The position numbers and the translations under genes are program-made. The notes under the pieces were generated by a model. It saw only the letters and a program-made list of their open reading frames with translations. It had not been told where the DNA came from and searched no databases. Of a stretch of DNA of 64,000 bases, positions 20,597 to 31,587 are shown piece by piece. Positions within the stretch are counted from its first letter, which is position 1; the number at the start of each line of letters is the position of its first letter. Where the stretch lies: the NCBI RefSeq assembly GCF_015062905.1, contig NZ_SUTK01000003.1, positions 21,942-85,941 of the forward strand. The letters are read 5' to 3'. Origin of the DNA: Methanobrevibacter thaueri. GTDB lineage: Archaea > Methanobacteriota > Methanobacteria > Methanobacteriales > Methanobacteriaceae.

Positions 20597-22135
20597 ATGG
20601 ATATCAAGGAAAATATTGAGAATAATTGGGTGGACTTGAAATCCAACCTGTTAAATACAAAAAAATATTGGATACTGTTCCTTCTATTGATTGTGTTTCA
20701 TTGTTTAATCAGGTTTGGGTTTGATAACTATGCTCATCCCAAATTGGAATTAGTGACCTTGCTTTTAATTTCAATAATAGGTGTTTTATCCATTGCCTAT
20801 TATAAGTCTGATAATAAGAGCTTGTATAAAACGGCCTTTGTTGTTATTTTGATGTTTGGTATAATATGTTCTGTTATTACTCCGATTTGTATTATACCTG
20901 ATGAAATTGAGCATTTCGCTCGGGCAGATATTACTGCTTCAGGTGATTTGTTCCCACACCATGAGAATAATTCGTTTCAGGTTTCGCAATCAGTATTGGA
21001 TTTGACTGCTAGAGGTGTAATGCACCTTAAATCCGGTGCGGAAAAGATGGACCATGACAACTCTTCGATTTTGCGCACGGATGCAGACACGAAACCGATC
21101 AATGATACCAAAGTGCCATATCGTAATGCATTTGCTCAAAACCCATTCTTTGGTTATCTGCCTCAGGCTTTAGGTATTTTCATTGCCAAATTATTGGATT
21201 TGAATGCAATATGGATGTTGTGGCTGGGAAGGATGTTCAATGTGTTGCTGTATGCTAGCTTGGCGGCGGTGGCTATCAAAAAGACTCCTATCCTTAAAGT
21301 GCCCTTGTTTGTAATGGCATGCATTCCTACCATGATTTATATAGGCGCGTCAATGAGTATCGATTCGTTCATAAACGGAATGGGTCTGATAGTGATAGCT
21401 TACTTCTTTAGCATGTATAAATCTCCTAAAGGCAGTTTGAATGAAAGGAATCTGCTCATATTCTCATTATTGGTGCTTTTGATTGGATTGTGTAAGGTGA
21501 CATGCTTTGCATTCATAATTCTGTTGGTATTCCTTCCAAGGGACAGATTTGAAGGAAAAAATTACTATTATGGATTTTTATGTGTAGTATTGTTGGCTGT
21601 AATTGCGCTTTTATGGTCTAAATTCTATGCAAATCCAGGGTTCTTTGAATCATACAGGCTTCAGAAATGGATAGTCTATGACGTTAACAGTACTCAGCAA
21701 GTGGATTACATGTTGGCTCATAAAAAAGATGCAATTATTGAGATATTGAGGATTCCTAACTACTTTGAAAATGATCTGGCATTTTCATGGGTTCATATGA
21801 TTCCTGTGTACCTGATGTTTTTAGGTGCTGTCGGATTGCTGTATCCTCATGAAAAGATTAATTTAAAGTCAAGGATTGGGGCGTTCATTGTTCTTATGAT
21901 GATATATGTCGGAACATATATTGTTCTTTTATTGACTTGGACTCCAGTCGGACAACTGAATGAGATTGCAGGTGTTCAAGCGAGATATTTCTATACGTTA
22001 TTCCCATTGATTCCATTCATTTTCGGTTTCAACCATATGTCCGGGGATAAATTGGAAATGGACAACTATATAATTGCAATCACTATTGCATTTGTTGCAT
22101 TTACCGTATTAAATATAATTTTAGGAATTTACTAA
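20597..22135 (+). CDS. DUF2142 family membrane protein (putative GT-C glycosyltransferase)
   Basis: P..PDEIEHFARA, YLPQALG, GRMFN, GVQARYF; polytopic. Confidence 0.75.
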   Translation: MDIKENIENNWVDLKSNLLNTKKYWILFLLLIVFHCLIRFGFDNYAHPKLELVTLLLISIIGVLSIAYYKSDNKSLYKTAFVVILMFGIICSVITPICIIPDEIEHFARADITASGDLFPHHENNSFQVSQSVLDLTARGVMHLKSGAEKMDHDNSSILRTDADTKPINDTKVPYRNAFAQNPFFGYLPQALGIFIAKLLDLNAIWMLWLGRMFNVLLYASLAAVAIKKTPILKVPLFVMACIPTMIYIGASMSIDSFINGMGLIVIAYFFSMYKSPKGSLNERNLLIFSLLVLLIGLCKVTCFAFIILLVFLPRDRFEGKNYYYGFLCVVLLAVIALLWSKFYANPGFFESYRLQKWIVYDVNSTQQVDYMLAHKKDAIIEILRIPNYFENDLAFSWVHMIPVYLMFLGAVGLLYPHEKINLKSRIGAFIVLMMIYVGTYIVLLLTWTPVGQLNEIAGVQARYFYTLFPLIPFIFGFNHMSGDKLEMDNYIIAITIAFVAFTVLNIILGIY

Positions 22136-22199
22136 ATTATATTTAATTTTTTTATTTTTGTTTTTAAAATTTAAATATTATCTTTTTATAAATAATATT

Positions 22200-24836
22200 A
22201 TGGATTATAATTTTTCGATAATTACTGCATTTTATAATTCTGAACTCTATATTCAAGAATGTATCGAGTCAGTGATTAATCAAACACTTGATTTCAAAGA
22301 GAATGCCCAATTGATTTTAGTTGATGACGGGTCCAGTGATGATTCAACAGCAATAGCATTGGATTATCAGGAAAGGTATCCTGATAACGTTTTGGTTCTC
22401 ACAAAGGAAAATGGTGGACCGTCTTCAGCACGAAATTTGGGTTTGAAACATGCCACAGGAAGGTATATTAACTTTTTGGACAGTGATGATAAGCTTGAAT
22501 CAAACGCACTGGAGATTGTTCTTGATTATTTAAACCATCATGAGGATATCAATATTGTTTCCATTCCCTTGACATATCTGGATTCTGATGATGAACACAT
22601 GTTGGCTCAAAAATTTATTGAAAACAAAGTGATTAATGTATATGAGGATTACACTTATCCTCAATTGCACATTTCCTCCTGTTTTATTAGAAGGGAGAGT
22701 TTAGGAGATTTGACTTTTGAGGAAAGATTGAGGATTGGTGAAGGGGCTCTTTTAATTAATAAGTTGTTGCTCCATGAGGAGAAATATGCATTGGTCAATG
22801 ATACAAATTATTATTATCGTAAAAGACCTGATGAATCATCCCTTGCAGATACAATCAAGTCTGAAAAGGAGTTCTTCACACCTAAGGTAATTGATTGTTA
22901 CCAGCATCTGATTGATTACTCCATAGAATATAAGGGATTTTTGCCGGATTTCATCAAATATGCCATTGCATATGATGCATATCACTTTTATAGGGTACCT
23001 ACATCCGAAATTCTGAACAGATCTGAATATAATGAGTTTAGAAATGTTTTGCAGCATACATTATCATTCATCGATGATGAAATCATTTCTGACCATAAAT
23101 ACCTTGAGGAAACCATAAAGACAATGCTGATTTATCTCAAAAACGATGAATTCCATATAGATGTCGAATCGAATAAGGTTTTTCTCAAATCAAATGATTA
23201 TACAATTAATGAGCTTCATAACATGCTTCTGATTCTAGATATTGTTGAGATAATTGATAACAATCTGAATATCTCTGCATGGTTTTCAAGCAATTGTGAT
23301 TATGATTTCCTTAGGTTACAGGCCATTAGGATTAAAGAAAATGGAAGTAAGGAAGTTTATGAAGGCAAATTCTTCTCATATCCAACAACTAATAGATATC
23401 CTATGGAATCAGTAGGCATATGTTGGAAATATGATTACAGCGTTGACTTTACAATTCCAATAGATTCCAATGAAGTTTCAAGAATCTATTTCAATCTTAT
23501 TTATGATGAGGACGGCAGGCATGCCGAAATGCACAATCCCCTGCAGTTTCAAAACTATGATGCAGGGCTTTCAAAAGTGTCAAACTACCTAATCAAGGAT
23601 AATGAAATGGTGATATATGACAAGAAAGATGAATCCCTGCATCTGCAGCCATATTCCTTTATCAAATCCGCAAAATTGGAGATAATATCAATCTTAAAAA
23701 TGAATAAGGACCATAATTCCTCCTTGTGGAGAGGGATCTTTTATCATTTATTGTTCCTATTCCTGTATCCGTTCATGAGAAACAAGCGCATTTGGCTGTT
23801 CCAGGATAGGGTGGACATTGCCGATGACAATGCAAAGCATTTGTTCAGCTATGCAATCAAACAGGATGACGGAATCAAAAAATATTATGTGATAAGCAAA
23901 GACTGTGATGATTTTGCAGAGATGAAAAAAATCGATAAGAACATTGTTCCGTTAGGTTCATTCAAAAACAGGTTTTTATACATGTTTGCGGAAAAGATGA
24001 TTTCCTCTCACGTTAACCACAGCTGGTTAAATCCGTTTTTCAATCCTCATCACCCTTACTTTAATGGGTTACTGACAGTAGAGAAATGTTTCCTCCAGCA
24101 CGGCGTAATTAAGGATGACCTATCTGACTGGTTAAGGAAGTATTTCCAGAATCTTCATCTCTTTTTAACTTCCTCCGACTATGAAAGGGATTCTATACTT
24201 GGAGATACCTATAACTATTCAGAGGATGTCGTTCAGGCTTTTGGACTTCCACGTCATGATAACTTGAAGTTTGGGGCAAGCAAAAAGGAGATACTGTTTT
24301 CACCAACCTGGAGAAAATATCTCATCAATAGGAGAGCCTTTGAAAAATCAGATTATTATTACAGGCTAAATAGTTTCTTGACCAATGAAAGGCTACTGAA
24401 GTCCATTCAGGACCACGGATATAAGCTTGTGTTCAAACCTCATTATGATTTGGTTCCGTTTTTGGATCTGTTCACCATTGATGAGGACGTTATTGAAGTC
24501 AACACTCATGATTCATATCAAACCATTTTTAACAATTCTGCAGTCATGATTACAGATTATTCAAGCGTGTTTTTTGATTTTTCATTTTTAAAGAAACCTG
24601 TAATCTATTACCATGAGGGGCACGATTACCATTACATCGACGGATATTTCAGCTATGAGGAAATGGGTTTTGGTGATGTAATCGATAATGAAGATGATTT
24701 GGTAGATAAAATCATTGAATATATGGAGAATGGCTGTGAAATGGAAGACAAATACAAACAGAGAGTTGACAAGTTTTTCAAATATACTGACCAGAAAAAT
24801 TGTGTTCGTGTTTATAAGTGGTTATTTGAACATTGA
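22200..24836 (+). CDS. GT2 plus TagF-like glycerophosphotransferase fusion
   Basis: ATG 22200; LVDDGSSD, SARNLG, FLDSDD; C-terminal FLQHG, PTWR, TDYSSVFFDF. Confidence 0.88.
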   Translation: MDYNFSIITAFYNSELYIQECIESVINQTLDFKENAQLILVDDGSSDDSTAIALDYQERYPDNVLVLTKENGGPSSARNLGLKHATGRYINFLDSDDKLESNALEIVLDYLNHHEDINIVSIPLTYLDSDDEHMLAQKFIENKVINVYEDYTYPQLHISSCFIRRESLGDLTFEERLRIGEGALLINKLLLHEEKYALVNDTNYYYRKRPDESSLADTIKSEKEFFTPKVIDCYQHLIDYSIEYKGFLPDFIKYAIAYDAYHFYRVPTSEILNRSEYNEFRNVLQHTLSFIDDEIISDHKYLEETIKTMLIYLKNDEFHIDVESNKVFLKSNDYTINELHNMLLILDIVEIIDNNLNISAWFSSNCDYDFLRLQAIRIKENGSKEVYEGKFFSYPTTNRYPMESVGICWKYDYSVDFTIPIDSNEVSRIYFNLIYDEDGRHAEMHNPLQFQNYDAGLSKVSNYLIKDNEMVIYDKKDESLHLQPYSFIKSAKLEIISILKMNKDHNSSLWRGIFYHLLFLFLYPFMRNKRIWLFQDRVDIADDNAKHLFSYAIKQDDGIKKYYVISKDCDDFAEMKKIDKNIVPLGSFKNRFLYMFAEKMISSHVNHSWLNPFFNPHHPYFNGLLTVEKCFLQHGVIKDDLSDWLRKYFQNLHLFLTSSDYERDSILGDTYNYSEDVVQAFGLPRHDNLKFGASKKEILFSPTWRKYLINRRAFEKSDYYYRLNSFLTNERLLKSIQDHGYKLVFKPHYDLVPFLDLFTIDEDVIEVNTHDSYQTIFNNSAVMITDYSSVFFDFSFLKKPVIYYHEGHDYHYIDGYFSYEEMGFGDVIDNEDDLVDKIIEYMENGCEMEDKYKQRVDKFFKYTDQKNCVRVYKWLFEH

Positions 24837-24942
24837 ACCTCCATGGCTTTTAAAAAATCGGTGAATTCATGCACAAATAAGTTAAAGTATTTATTTTATT
24901 AATTATAAATCTATATATTAATATTAAAGGTTAGGGATAGGC

Positions 24943-27555
24943 ATGAGTGATTTTAAACTTTCTATAATTGATATAATAAATAATGATATTCTATCAGTCA
25001 AGCAAAGGATTGAATATATTATTGAAAGCAATTCTGATTTTAAACTGAACATCCAACTTATATTAATTGATTTGGGAAGTAGTGACGGGTCATATGAAAT
25101 TGCGCAGGAATTTAAAGAAAAATATCCCGAAAATATAGTTTTACTTCAAAATAATGAAAAATATGAAGGAATGGGCCATTACTATAACTTGGCATTTGAA
25201 CATATAAGAGGAGAGTGGGTCCACTTTTTTGATAATGAAGGGGAACTGCCGTTTAATGCATTTTTAAATGCAAAAAGATATATGAAAAAGTATCATGATG
25301 AAGTTGACATTGTTTCATTTCCTGTTAAGTATTACAGGGGTAAATTTAAGGCGTTTATTCCAAAAATTGAGTATTCCAATGAGGATATCATTGATTTAAC
25401 TAAAGATTATAACCATTCTACAATTCATTTGGGAGCTTCATTCATAAAGTATGATGCTATTGAAAACAGATTTTCAGAAGAATTGGTGGATTGTGAGAAA
25501 ACGTTATTTTTAACAGAAATATTGCTTAAAAAAGATAAATATGCTCTTGTAAATAATGTTTTCTTAGAAACATTACCTCAATATAAGTATGACCAGGATT
25601 TTTACACAAAGGATTATGTTAACAACAAATTTGAATTGTTTTTCAATCATTTGATTGTTAAAACCAACGGCAATATTTCAAATTATTTGCAATATATTTT
25701 TGCTAATGAATTAACTCAAATCATTCGTATCGCTGATTTGAATTCCATTTATGACACTAAAGATGAGATTGAAGGTTTTTGGAATCAGTTATATGCTATT
25801 CTGGATAAATTGGAATTCGAATATTTGGAAGTTCATGAGGAAATGCCTAGGATTGTCAGGTCATTTCTGGTGTATCTGAAAAATGATGATTTTCACGTTG
25901 AGTTACAACCTGAAAAGAGTAAGGTATTTGTAAAATCTGATGATTATCTTATTAACAGTTTGCATTTCCATAAGATACGTATTGACATTGTAGAAATAAT
26001 AGGAGATACCCTGAATTTATCCGGTTCACTTTCAAGCAATTGTGATTACCGGAATCTGTCAGTCAAGATAATAAAGGAATTCCCAAATTCTAAAAAAGAG
26101 GAGTTCATCGCCAAATATGTTGAATATCCTACTACCAATAGGGCAAAACAGACATTTTTAGGAATTACTTGGGAATTTCCTTATAACTTTGATTTTAAAA
26201 TCCCTCTTAAAAAGGATGAGAAATCTACATTAAACTTAAGATTAGTTTACCATGAGAATGGAAATGAGCTCGAAATGGACAATCATATTATGTTTAGGGA
26301 ATTTGCTGGTCTGTCAATTTATGGTAATTATCTGATTAAAAATGATAGGATATTTTACTTTAGGGGCAGAACATTCTATGTTGAACCGTATTCATATAAA
26401 ACTATGATCAAATTGGAGTTCAAGTCACTATTCAGGATACTGAAAGCTCATGGGCCATTTTTAGGCAAGGCGATTTTTTATAGGTTATTGCATCTAGTCT
26501 TATATCCGTTCTGGAGAAACAGGAAAATCTGGTTATTCATTGATAGGGATACCTTTGCTGATGATAATGCGGAACATCTGTTCAAATACTGCATAAAGCA
26601 GGATGATGGCATTGAAAAGTATTTTATCTTAAATAAGGACAGTCCCGACTTTGAAAGATTGAGCAAAGACTATAAAATAGTTCCATTCGGTTCATTCAAG
26701 CATAGGATTAAGTATCTGTTCTCAGAAAAGATCATGATTTCTCAGGTAACCCGTGGAATATTGAATCCGTTTACCCATGAAAACAGCTATAACTATGAGG
26801 GCCTGAACACCTATAAGTTCTGTTTCCTGCAGCATGGTGTAACAAAGGATGACATATCCTGGTGGATTAAGAAATTCCACAAGAATCTTTACCTGTTTGT
26901 AACCGTTTCCGATTTGGAAAGGGATTCAATGGTAAATGGTCATTATAACTATGAGGAGTTCAGGATTCCTGTACTGGGTTTTCCGCGTTACGATAATCTG
27001 TCGAATGACCCCAAAAATGAAATATTGTTCATGCCAACATGGAGACGTGATCTGGACACTCCTGAAGAGATTATCAATTCGGATTTCCTTAAAAACATCA
27101 ACAGCTTTTTGAATAATGAAAAACTAAATAAAGCTGCCAATGAAATGGGTTATACTTTAGTGTTCAGACCCCATCCGGAATTATGGAAATTCCTGGATTA
27201 CTTTAACCTGGAACATGTAAAATTATCCGAAGGGCCTTATCAGGAAATGTTCAAAACAGCTTCCGTGATGATTACTGACTATTCTTCAGTGGCATTTGAT
27301 TTTGCATACCTTAAAAAGCCTGTAATATATTATCAGGATGGTAACTATCATTATGGTGAAGGATATTATGATTATGAAACAATGGGTTTTGGAAAAGTCA
27401 TTTTTGATGAGGATGAACTTGTTGACAAGGTAATTGAATATATGAAGAATGACTGTGTAATGGAGGAGGAGTATAAAAGAAGAGTTGATTCATTCTTCAA
27501 GTTCACGGACAGGAACAATTGTAAGCGTGTCTATGAATGGCTGTTAGAACATTAA
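24943..27555 (+). CDS. Degenerate GT2 plus TagF-like glycerophosphotransferase fusion
   Basis: GT2-like N-terminus with altered motifs (IDLGSSD, FFDNEG); TagF motifs FLQHG, MPTWR, RPHP and TDYSS are intact. Confidence 0.85.
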   Translation: MSDFKLSIIDIINNDILSVKQRIEYIIESNSDFKLNIQLILIDLGSSDGSYEIAQEFKEKYPENIVLLQNNEKYEGMGHYYNLAFEHIRGEWVHFFDNEGELPFNAFLNAKRYMKKYHDEVDIVSFPVKYYRGKFKAFIPKIEYSNEDIIDLTKDYNHSTIHLGASFIKYDAIENRFSEELVDCEKTLFLTEILLKKDKYALVNNVFLETLPQYKYDQDFYTKDYVNNKFELFFNHLIVKTNGNISNYLQYIFANELTQIIRIADLNSIYDTKDEIEGFWNQLYAILDKLEFEYLEVHEEMPRIVRSFLVYLKNDDFHVELQPEKSKVFVKSDDYLINSLHFHKIRIDIVEIIGDTLNLSGSLSSNCDYRNLSVKIIKEFPNSKKEEFIAKYVEYPTTNRAKQTFLGITWEFPYNFDFKIPLKKDEKSTLNLRLVYHENGNELEMDNHIMFREFAGLSIYGNYLIKNDRIFYFRGRTFYVEPYSYKTMIKLEFKSLFRILKAHGPFLGKAIFYRLLHLVLYPFWRNRKIWLFIDRDTFADDNAEHLFKYCIKQDDGIEKYFILNKDSPDFERLSKDYKIVPFGSFKHRIKYLFSEKIMISQVTRGILNPFTHENSYNYEGLNTYKFCFLQHGVTKDDISWWIKKFHKNLYLFVTVSDLERDSMVNGHYNYEEFRIPVLGFPRYDNLSNDPKNEILFMPTWRRDLDTPEEIINSDFLKNINSFLNNEKLNKAANEMGYTLVFRPHPELWKFLDYFNLEHVKLSEGPYQEMFKTASVMITDYSSVAFDFAYLKKPVIYYQDGNYHYGEGYYDYETMGFGKVIFDEDELVDKVIEYMKNDCVMEEEYKRRVDSFFKFTDRNNCKRVYEWLLEH

Positions 27556-27585
27556 TTTAAACATTAAAAAAGTATGGTAATTACA

Positions 27586-28920
27586 ATGAGCGATGAATTG
27601 GTTATTTCTTTCATGTTTCCCCCATCAGATTATGTCTCAGGAATAACGGTATTTAAAAGGATAATCGAAAACGATGAGATTGTTGATGTGCTTCATGCTA
27701 ACGTTAAAGATAATTCTAATTCGGGCCTGAATGAAATTATAGAAGATTTTATTGATGATAGAATATTAATTGATATTGATTGTGATACAGATTCGGCCAA
27801 CTGTATTTTTAAGTTTGTTAAGCTAGGAATTAATGCAATCAAAAAGGATTATAAAAAGATTTATTCAAGGTCATGGCTAATGTCTAACCATTTTCTTGCT
27901 TTTGAATATAAACTGAATCATCCTGCTGCATTTTGGAGTGCAGAATTTTCAGACCCATTAATTTATGACTTGTCCAACAAGCCGAAAAAATATAAAAAGA
28001 TGTTAATCGATGATGAAAAGTATATTGATAAAATAAATGATCAAATCGGTACTTTCAATCAAAATAACAATAAGTCTTTTCCTTTTGTTGAAAATAACTC
28101 ATCCGCTTATTTTATTGCAGAATATTTGGTTTATCTATTTGCAGATAATGTGATATTCACGAATGATAACCAGAGGGAAACAATGCTAAGGCAGTTTCCT
28201 GTTGACATTTATGATTTTGTTTTAGCCAAAAGCGAAATCAGAAGGCATCCTACCCTGAAAAGCAAATATTACCATATTAAAGAGTTAGATTTAAATTTAA
28301 ATGATGAATTTATAAACATTGCCTATTTCGGAATGGATTATTATGGTAAAAGGCACTTTGAAGCATTGTTTTATGCACTTGAATCTTTAAATCATAAATA
28401 CAAAAATAAAATCAAATTACATTTATATATGAACGATAAAAAATTAATTAAGGAACTGATATCCCAATTTTCTGTTAAGGAGAATATTGCTATTAGGAAA
28501 CCCTTGGATTATTTGAGTTTCCTTAATGCAACCACAAAATTTGATGTCTTGATTGTCAATGATGTAATGACAAAGGATAATTTTAAGGTCAATCCGTATT
28601 TGCCATCAAAGGTATCAGATTATTTGGGCTCTTCAAGCGATATCTGGGCCTTATGTGAAATGGGAAGCACGTTATCTTCTGTTGATGTAAGATATAAATC
28701 AGATATTCATGATTTCAATAGCTGTGGTGAAACATTGGTTGAAATATTACATGATAAAGGCTTTGTAGATGAGGAATTTTCATTTGATGAGTATTACAAC
28801 CGCAGATTGACTTTTCTAAATGAATTATATGAAGGAGAATTCCGGAAAAATCTTAAACTTAAAAAAGAATTAAAGAAATTGAAAAGAGAGAAATCCAAAA
28901 AGAGATTTAAAATATTCTAG
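27586..28920 (+). CDS. Putative GT-B-fold glycosyltransferase with basic C-terminal tail
   Basis: LVISFMFPP, WSAEFSDP, YLPSKVSDYLGS. Start ATG 27586 or 27574. Confidence 0.55.
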   Translation: MSDELVISFMFPPSDYVSGITVFKRIIENDEIVDVLHANVKDNSNSGLNEIIEDFIDDRILIDIDCDTDSANCIFKFVKLGINAIKKDYKKIYSRSWLMSNHFLAFEYKLNHPAAFWSAEFSDPLIYDLSNKPKKYKKMLIDDEKYIDKINDQIGTFNQNNNKSFPFVENNSSAYFIAEYLVYLFADNVIFTNDNQRETMLRQFPVDIYDFVLAKSEIRRHPTLKSKYYHIKELDLNLNDEFINIAYFGMDYYGKRHFEALFYALESLNHKYKNKIKLHLYMNDKKLIKELISQFSVKENIAIRKPLDYLSFLNATTKFDVLIVNDVMTKDNFKVNPYLPSKVSDYLGSSSDIWALCEMGSTLSSVDVRYKSDIHDFNSCGETLVEILHDKGFVDEEFSFDEYYNRRLTFLNELYEGEFRKNLKLKKELKKLKREKSKKRFKIF

Positions 28921-28930
28921 TCGTGTTCAA

Positions 28931-29965
28931 ATGTATGATGTATCAGTTGTTATACCGGTTTATAATGTTGAAAAATACTTAAAAGAATGTTTGGATAGCG
29001 TTTGCAATCAGACATTGGAAAATATTGAAATAATTTGCGTTAATGATGGATCAACTGATAGTTCACTTGATATATTGAATGACTATGCCGAAAGGGATGG
29101 CCGGATTAAAATCATATCCCAATCTAACCGAGGTCTTGGTGCATCCAGAAACACAGGTTTGAGAGAGGCATCAGGTAAATATGTTTATTTCTTGGATTCT
29201 GATGACTATATTGATTTGACCTGTTTGGAGAAGCTTGTAAGCAATGCTGATTCAAATGATTCGGATGTTGTTTTATTCAAGTTCCAAAATGTCGATGACC
29301 ATAAAAATCTGCATAAAAGGGGTGTAGATTTCAAGATTGATGATATATTCGGTGAAATAGATTACAATAATTTCACTTTTACATATCATGATGTCAGACG
29401 GCATGTTATGAACTCCGCTTATTCTGCATGTTTAAAGTTATATAGAAGAGAATTCATTATTCCATTTGAATTTCCTGAAGGATTGTGGTTTGAGGATGTG
29501 CTTGTCCATGTTGAGGTAATGTTAAATGCTAAAAGGATATCTTTTGTACCTGAATTTCTATATAACTATCGTTCCAATCCCACTTCAATTTCTAACACAA
29601 AAGAAACCGGTTTTTATATATTTAATGCAATTGACTTGGTTGAAGATTATTTAAGGGATAACGATTATTATGAAGAGTTTGTAAACGAATTCACATATTT
29701 TAAGATTGTACAGATTTTACGATACATCGTTTCAACAGATTCTGAAGAATATTTCAATAGGGCCAAAGAAGAATTTGCAAATACTGAAATAAAAAATGAA
29801 AAATCAATTAAAAAGAAATATCTAAAGAAATATTATTGTGTTTTAGAATCTAATGATTATTCGGAATTTTTGGATAAACTAAATAAAAATAGTAATAAAA
29901 AATCTGATAATGAATCTACTTTTTTAAATAAATTATTTAAATTTATTAAAAAATTCAAATTTTGA
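28931..29965 (+). CDS. GT2 family glycosyltransferase
   Basis: IPVYNVEKYL, NDGSTD, SRNTG, FLDSDD, FED. Confidence 0.9.
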   Translation: MYDVSVVIPVYNVEKYLKECLDSVCNQTLENIEIICVNDGSTDSSLDILNDYAERDGRIKIISQSNRGLGASRNTGLREASGKYVYFLDSDDYIDLTCLEKLVSNADSNDSDVVLFKFQNVDDHKNLHKRGVDFKIDDIFGEIDYNNFTFTYHDVRRHVMNSAYSACLKLYRREFIIPFEFPEGLWFEDVLVHVEVMLNAKRISFVPEFLYNYRSNPTSISNTKETGFYIFNAIDLVEDYLRDNDYYEEFVNEFTYFKIVQILRYIVSTDSEEYFNRAKEEFANTEIKNEKSIKKKYLKKYYCVLESNDYSEFLDKLNKNSNKKSDNESTFLNKLFKFIKKFKF

Positions 29966-30064
29966 TTAATCTCAAAACAATAATTAAATATATTAAAAAA
30001 TAAAAAATATTATTGGTAGATAAAAATTTCTACCATATAGTTATAACTATTTTGGTGTTTTAAA

Positions 30065-30898
30065 ATGAATAAAAAGATAGGTATTTTATTTGCTTTGGTA
30101 TTACTAGCTTTTTTAGTTATGGGTACTGCAAGCGCTGGTTTATTTGACTTTTTAGGGGGAGATGGAGCATCTGGCGATGCTACTGCTAACGATGAAAACA
30201 CTTTCATTGTCGGATTCGATGCAGAATTCCCGCCTTACGGATATAAGGACGATAGTGGAAACTACACTGGTTTCGACTTAGACTTAGCAAAAGAAGTTTG
30301 TGAAAGAAACAATTGGACTTTCAAAGCACAACCAATCGATTGGGATGCTAAAGATGCTGAATTAGAATCTGGTTCAATTGACTGTATCTGGAACGGATTC
30401 ACCATTGACGGAAGGGAAAACGATTACTTATGGTCTGACCCATACTTTGACAACAAACAGGTCTTTGTTGTTAAAAAAGATGCTGGTGTTTCATCAATTG
30501 ATGACTTATCCGGAAAAACTGTAGAAACACAAAAAGACTCTTCTGCATTAGCCGCACTTGAAGGTGACAACAAAACTATTGCAGATAAATTCGCAACATT
30601 AAATCAAGTAGCTGACTATAACACTGCATTCATGGATTTAGAATCCGGTGCATGTGACGCAGTAGCTATGGATATTGGTGTAGCAGAGTACGATATCAAA
30701 AACAAAAACAACTCCGATGATTTCTCAATATTAGATCAATACATCACAACTGAGAAATATGGTGTTGGATTTAAAAAAGGAAACACTGATTTAAAAGATC
30801 AAGTACAAACAACTTTAGATGAAATGTTTGCAGACGGTACCGTTTTAAAAATCGCTGAAAAATACGGTATTTCTGAAGACGCTTTAATATCTAAATAA
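30065..30898 (+). CDS. Polar amino acid ABC transporter substrate-binding protein
   Basis: GFDAEFPPYG, GFDLDLA, IDWDAK..ELESG.IDCIWNGFT; signal peptide. Confidence 0.9.
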   Translation: MNKKIGILFALVLLAFLVMGTASAGLFDFLGGDGASGDATANDENTFIVGFDAEFPPYGYKDDSGNYTGFDLDLAKEVCERNNWTFKAQPIDWDAKDAELESGSIDCIWNGFTIDGRENDYLWSDPYFDNKQVFVVKKDAGVSSIDDLSGKTVETQKDSSALAALEGDNKTIADKFATLNQVADYNTAFMDLESGACDAVAMDIGVAEYDIKNKNNSDDFSILDQYITTEKYGVGFKKGNTDLKDQVQTTLDEMFADGTVLKIAEKYGISEDALISK

Positions 30899-30928
30899 TT
30901 TAAATTAGTTGTGAGGGAGAATTAGTAA

Positions 30929-31579
30929 ATGATATTAAGTAATGTTATTTCACAATTGCTTGGAGGTATGGTTACCTCAATTGAGATATTCTTACTTACT
31001 CTACTATTCTCTCTTCCTTTAGGTTTAGCAATTGCCGGAGGAAGAATGAGTAGTTTTTCACCGATAAGGTGGCTGATGAAGGTATATATCTCAATCATGA
31101 GAGGTACACCGTTGATGTTACAATTAATCGTAGTATTTTTCGCACCATATTATGTGTTTGGTATGAGCTTGTCTCCTGATTACAGATTCATTGCGGTTAT
31201 TATTGCATTCACTATGAATTATGCAGCTTACTTTGCTGAAATCTATAGGGGAGGAATTGAATCTATCAACAGCGGACAATATGAAGCGGCTCAAGTACTC
31301 GGTTATTCAAAATTGGAAACTTTCTTCATAATCATCATGCCTCAAGTGGTTAAGGTAGTTCTTCCTTCTGTAACTAATGAAGTAATTACACTTGTAAAAG
31401 ATACTTCACTGTCATTTGTAATTGCAATTCCTGAAATGTTCACTGTGGCTAAACAGATTGCAGCAGCTGACGCTTCAATTGCAGCATTGCTTGTAGCAGG
31501 TATATTCTATTATGTATTCAACGTTTTAGTGGCATTTGCTATGGAACACTTAGAAAAAAGATTGGATTATTATGAATAG
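30929..31579 (+). CDS. Polar amino acid ABC transporter permease
   Basis: [33 protein letters not shown]. Confidence 0.92.
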   Translation: MILSNVISQLLGGMVTSIEIFLLTLLFSLPLGLAIAGGRMSSFSPIRWLMKVYISIMRGTPLMLQLIVVFFAPYYVFGMSLSPDYRFIAVIIAFTMNYAAYFAEIYRGGIESINSGQYEAAQVLGYSKLETFFIIIMPQVVKVVLPSVTNEVITLVKDTSLSFVIAIPEMFTVAKQIAAADASIAALLVAGIFYYVFNVLVAFAMEHLEKRLDYYE

Positions 31580-31587
31580 GTGGTAAA

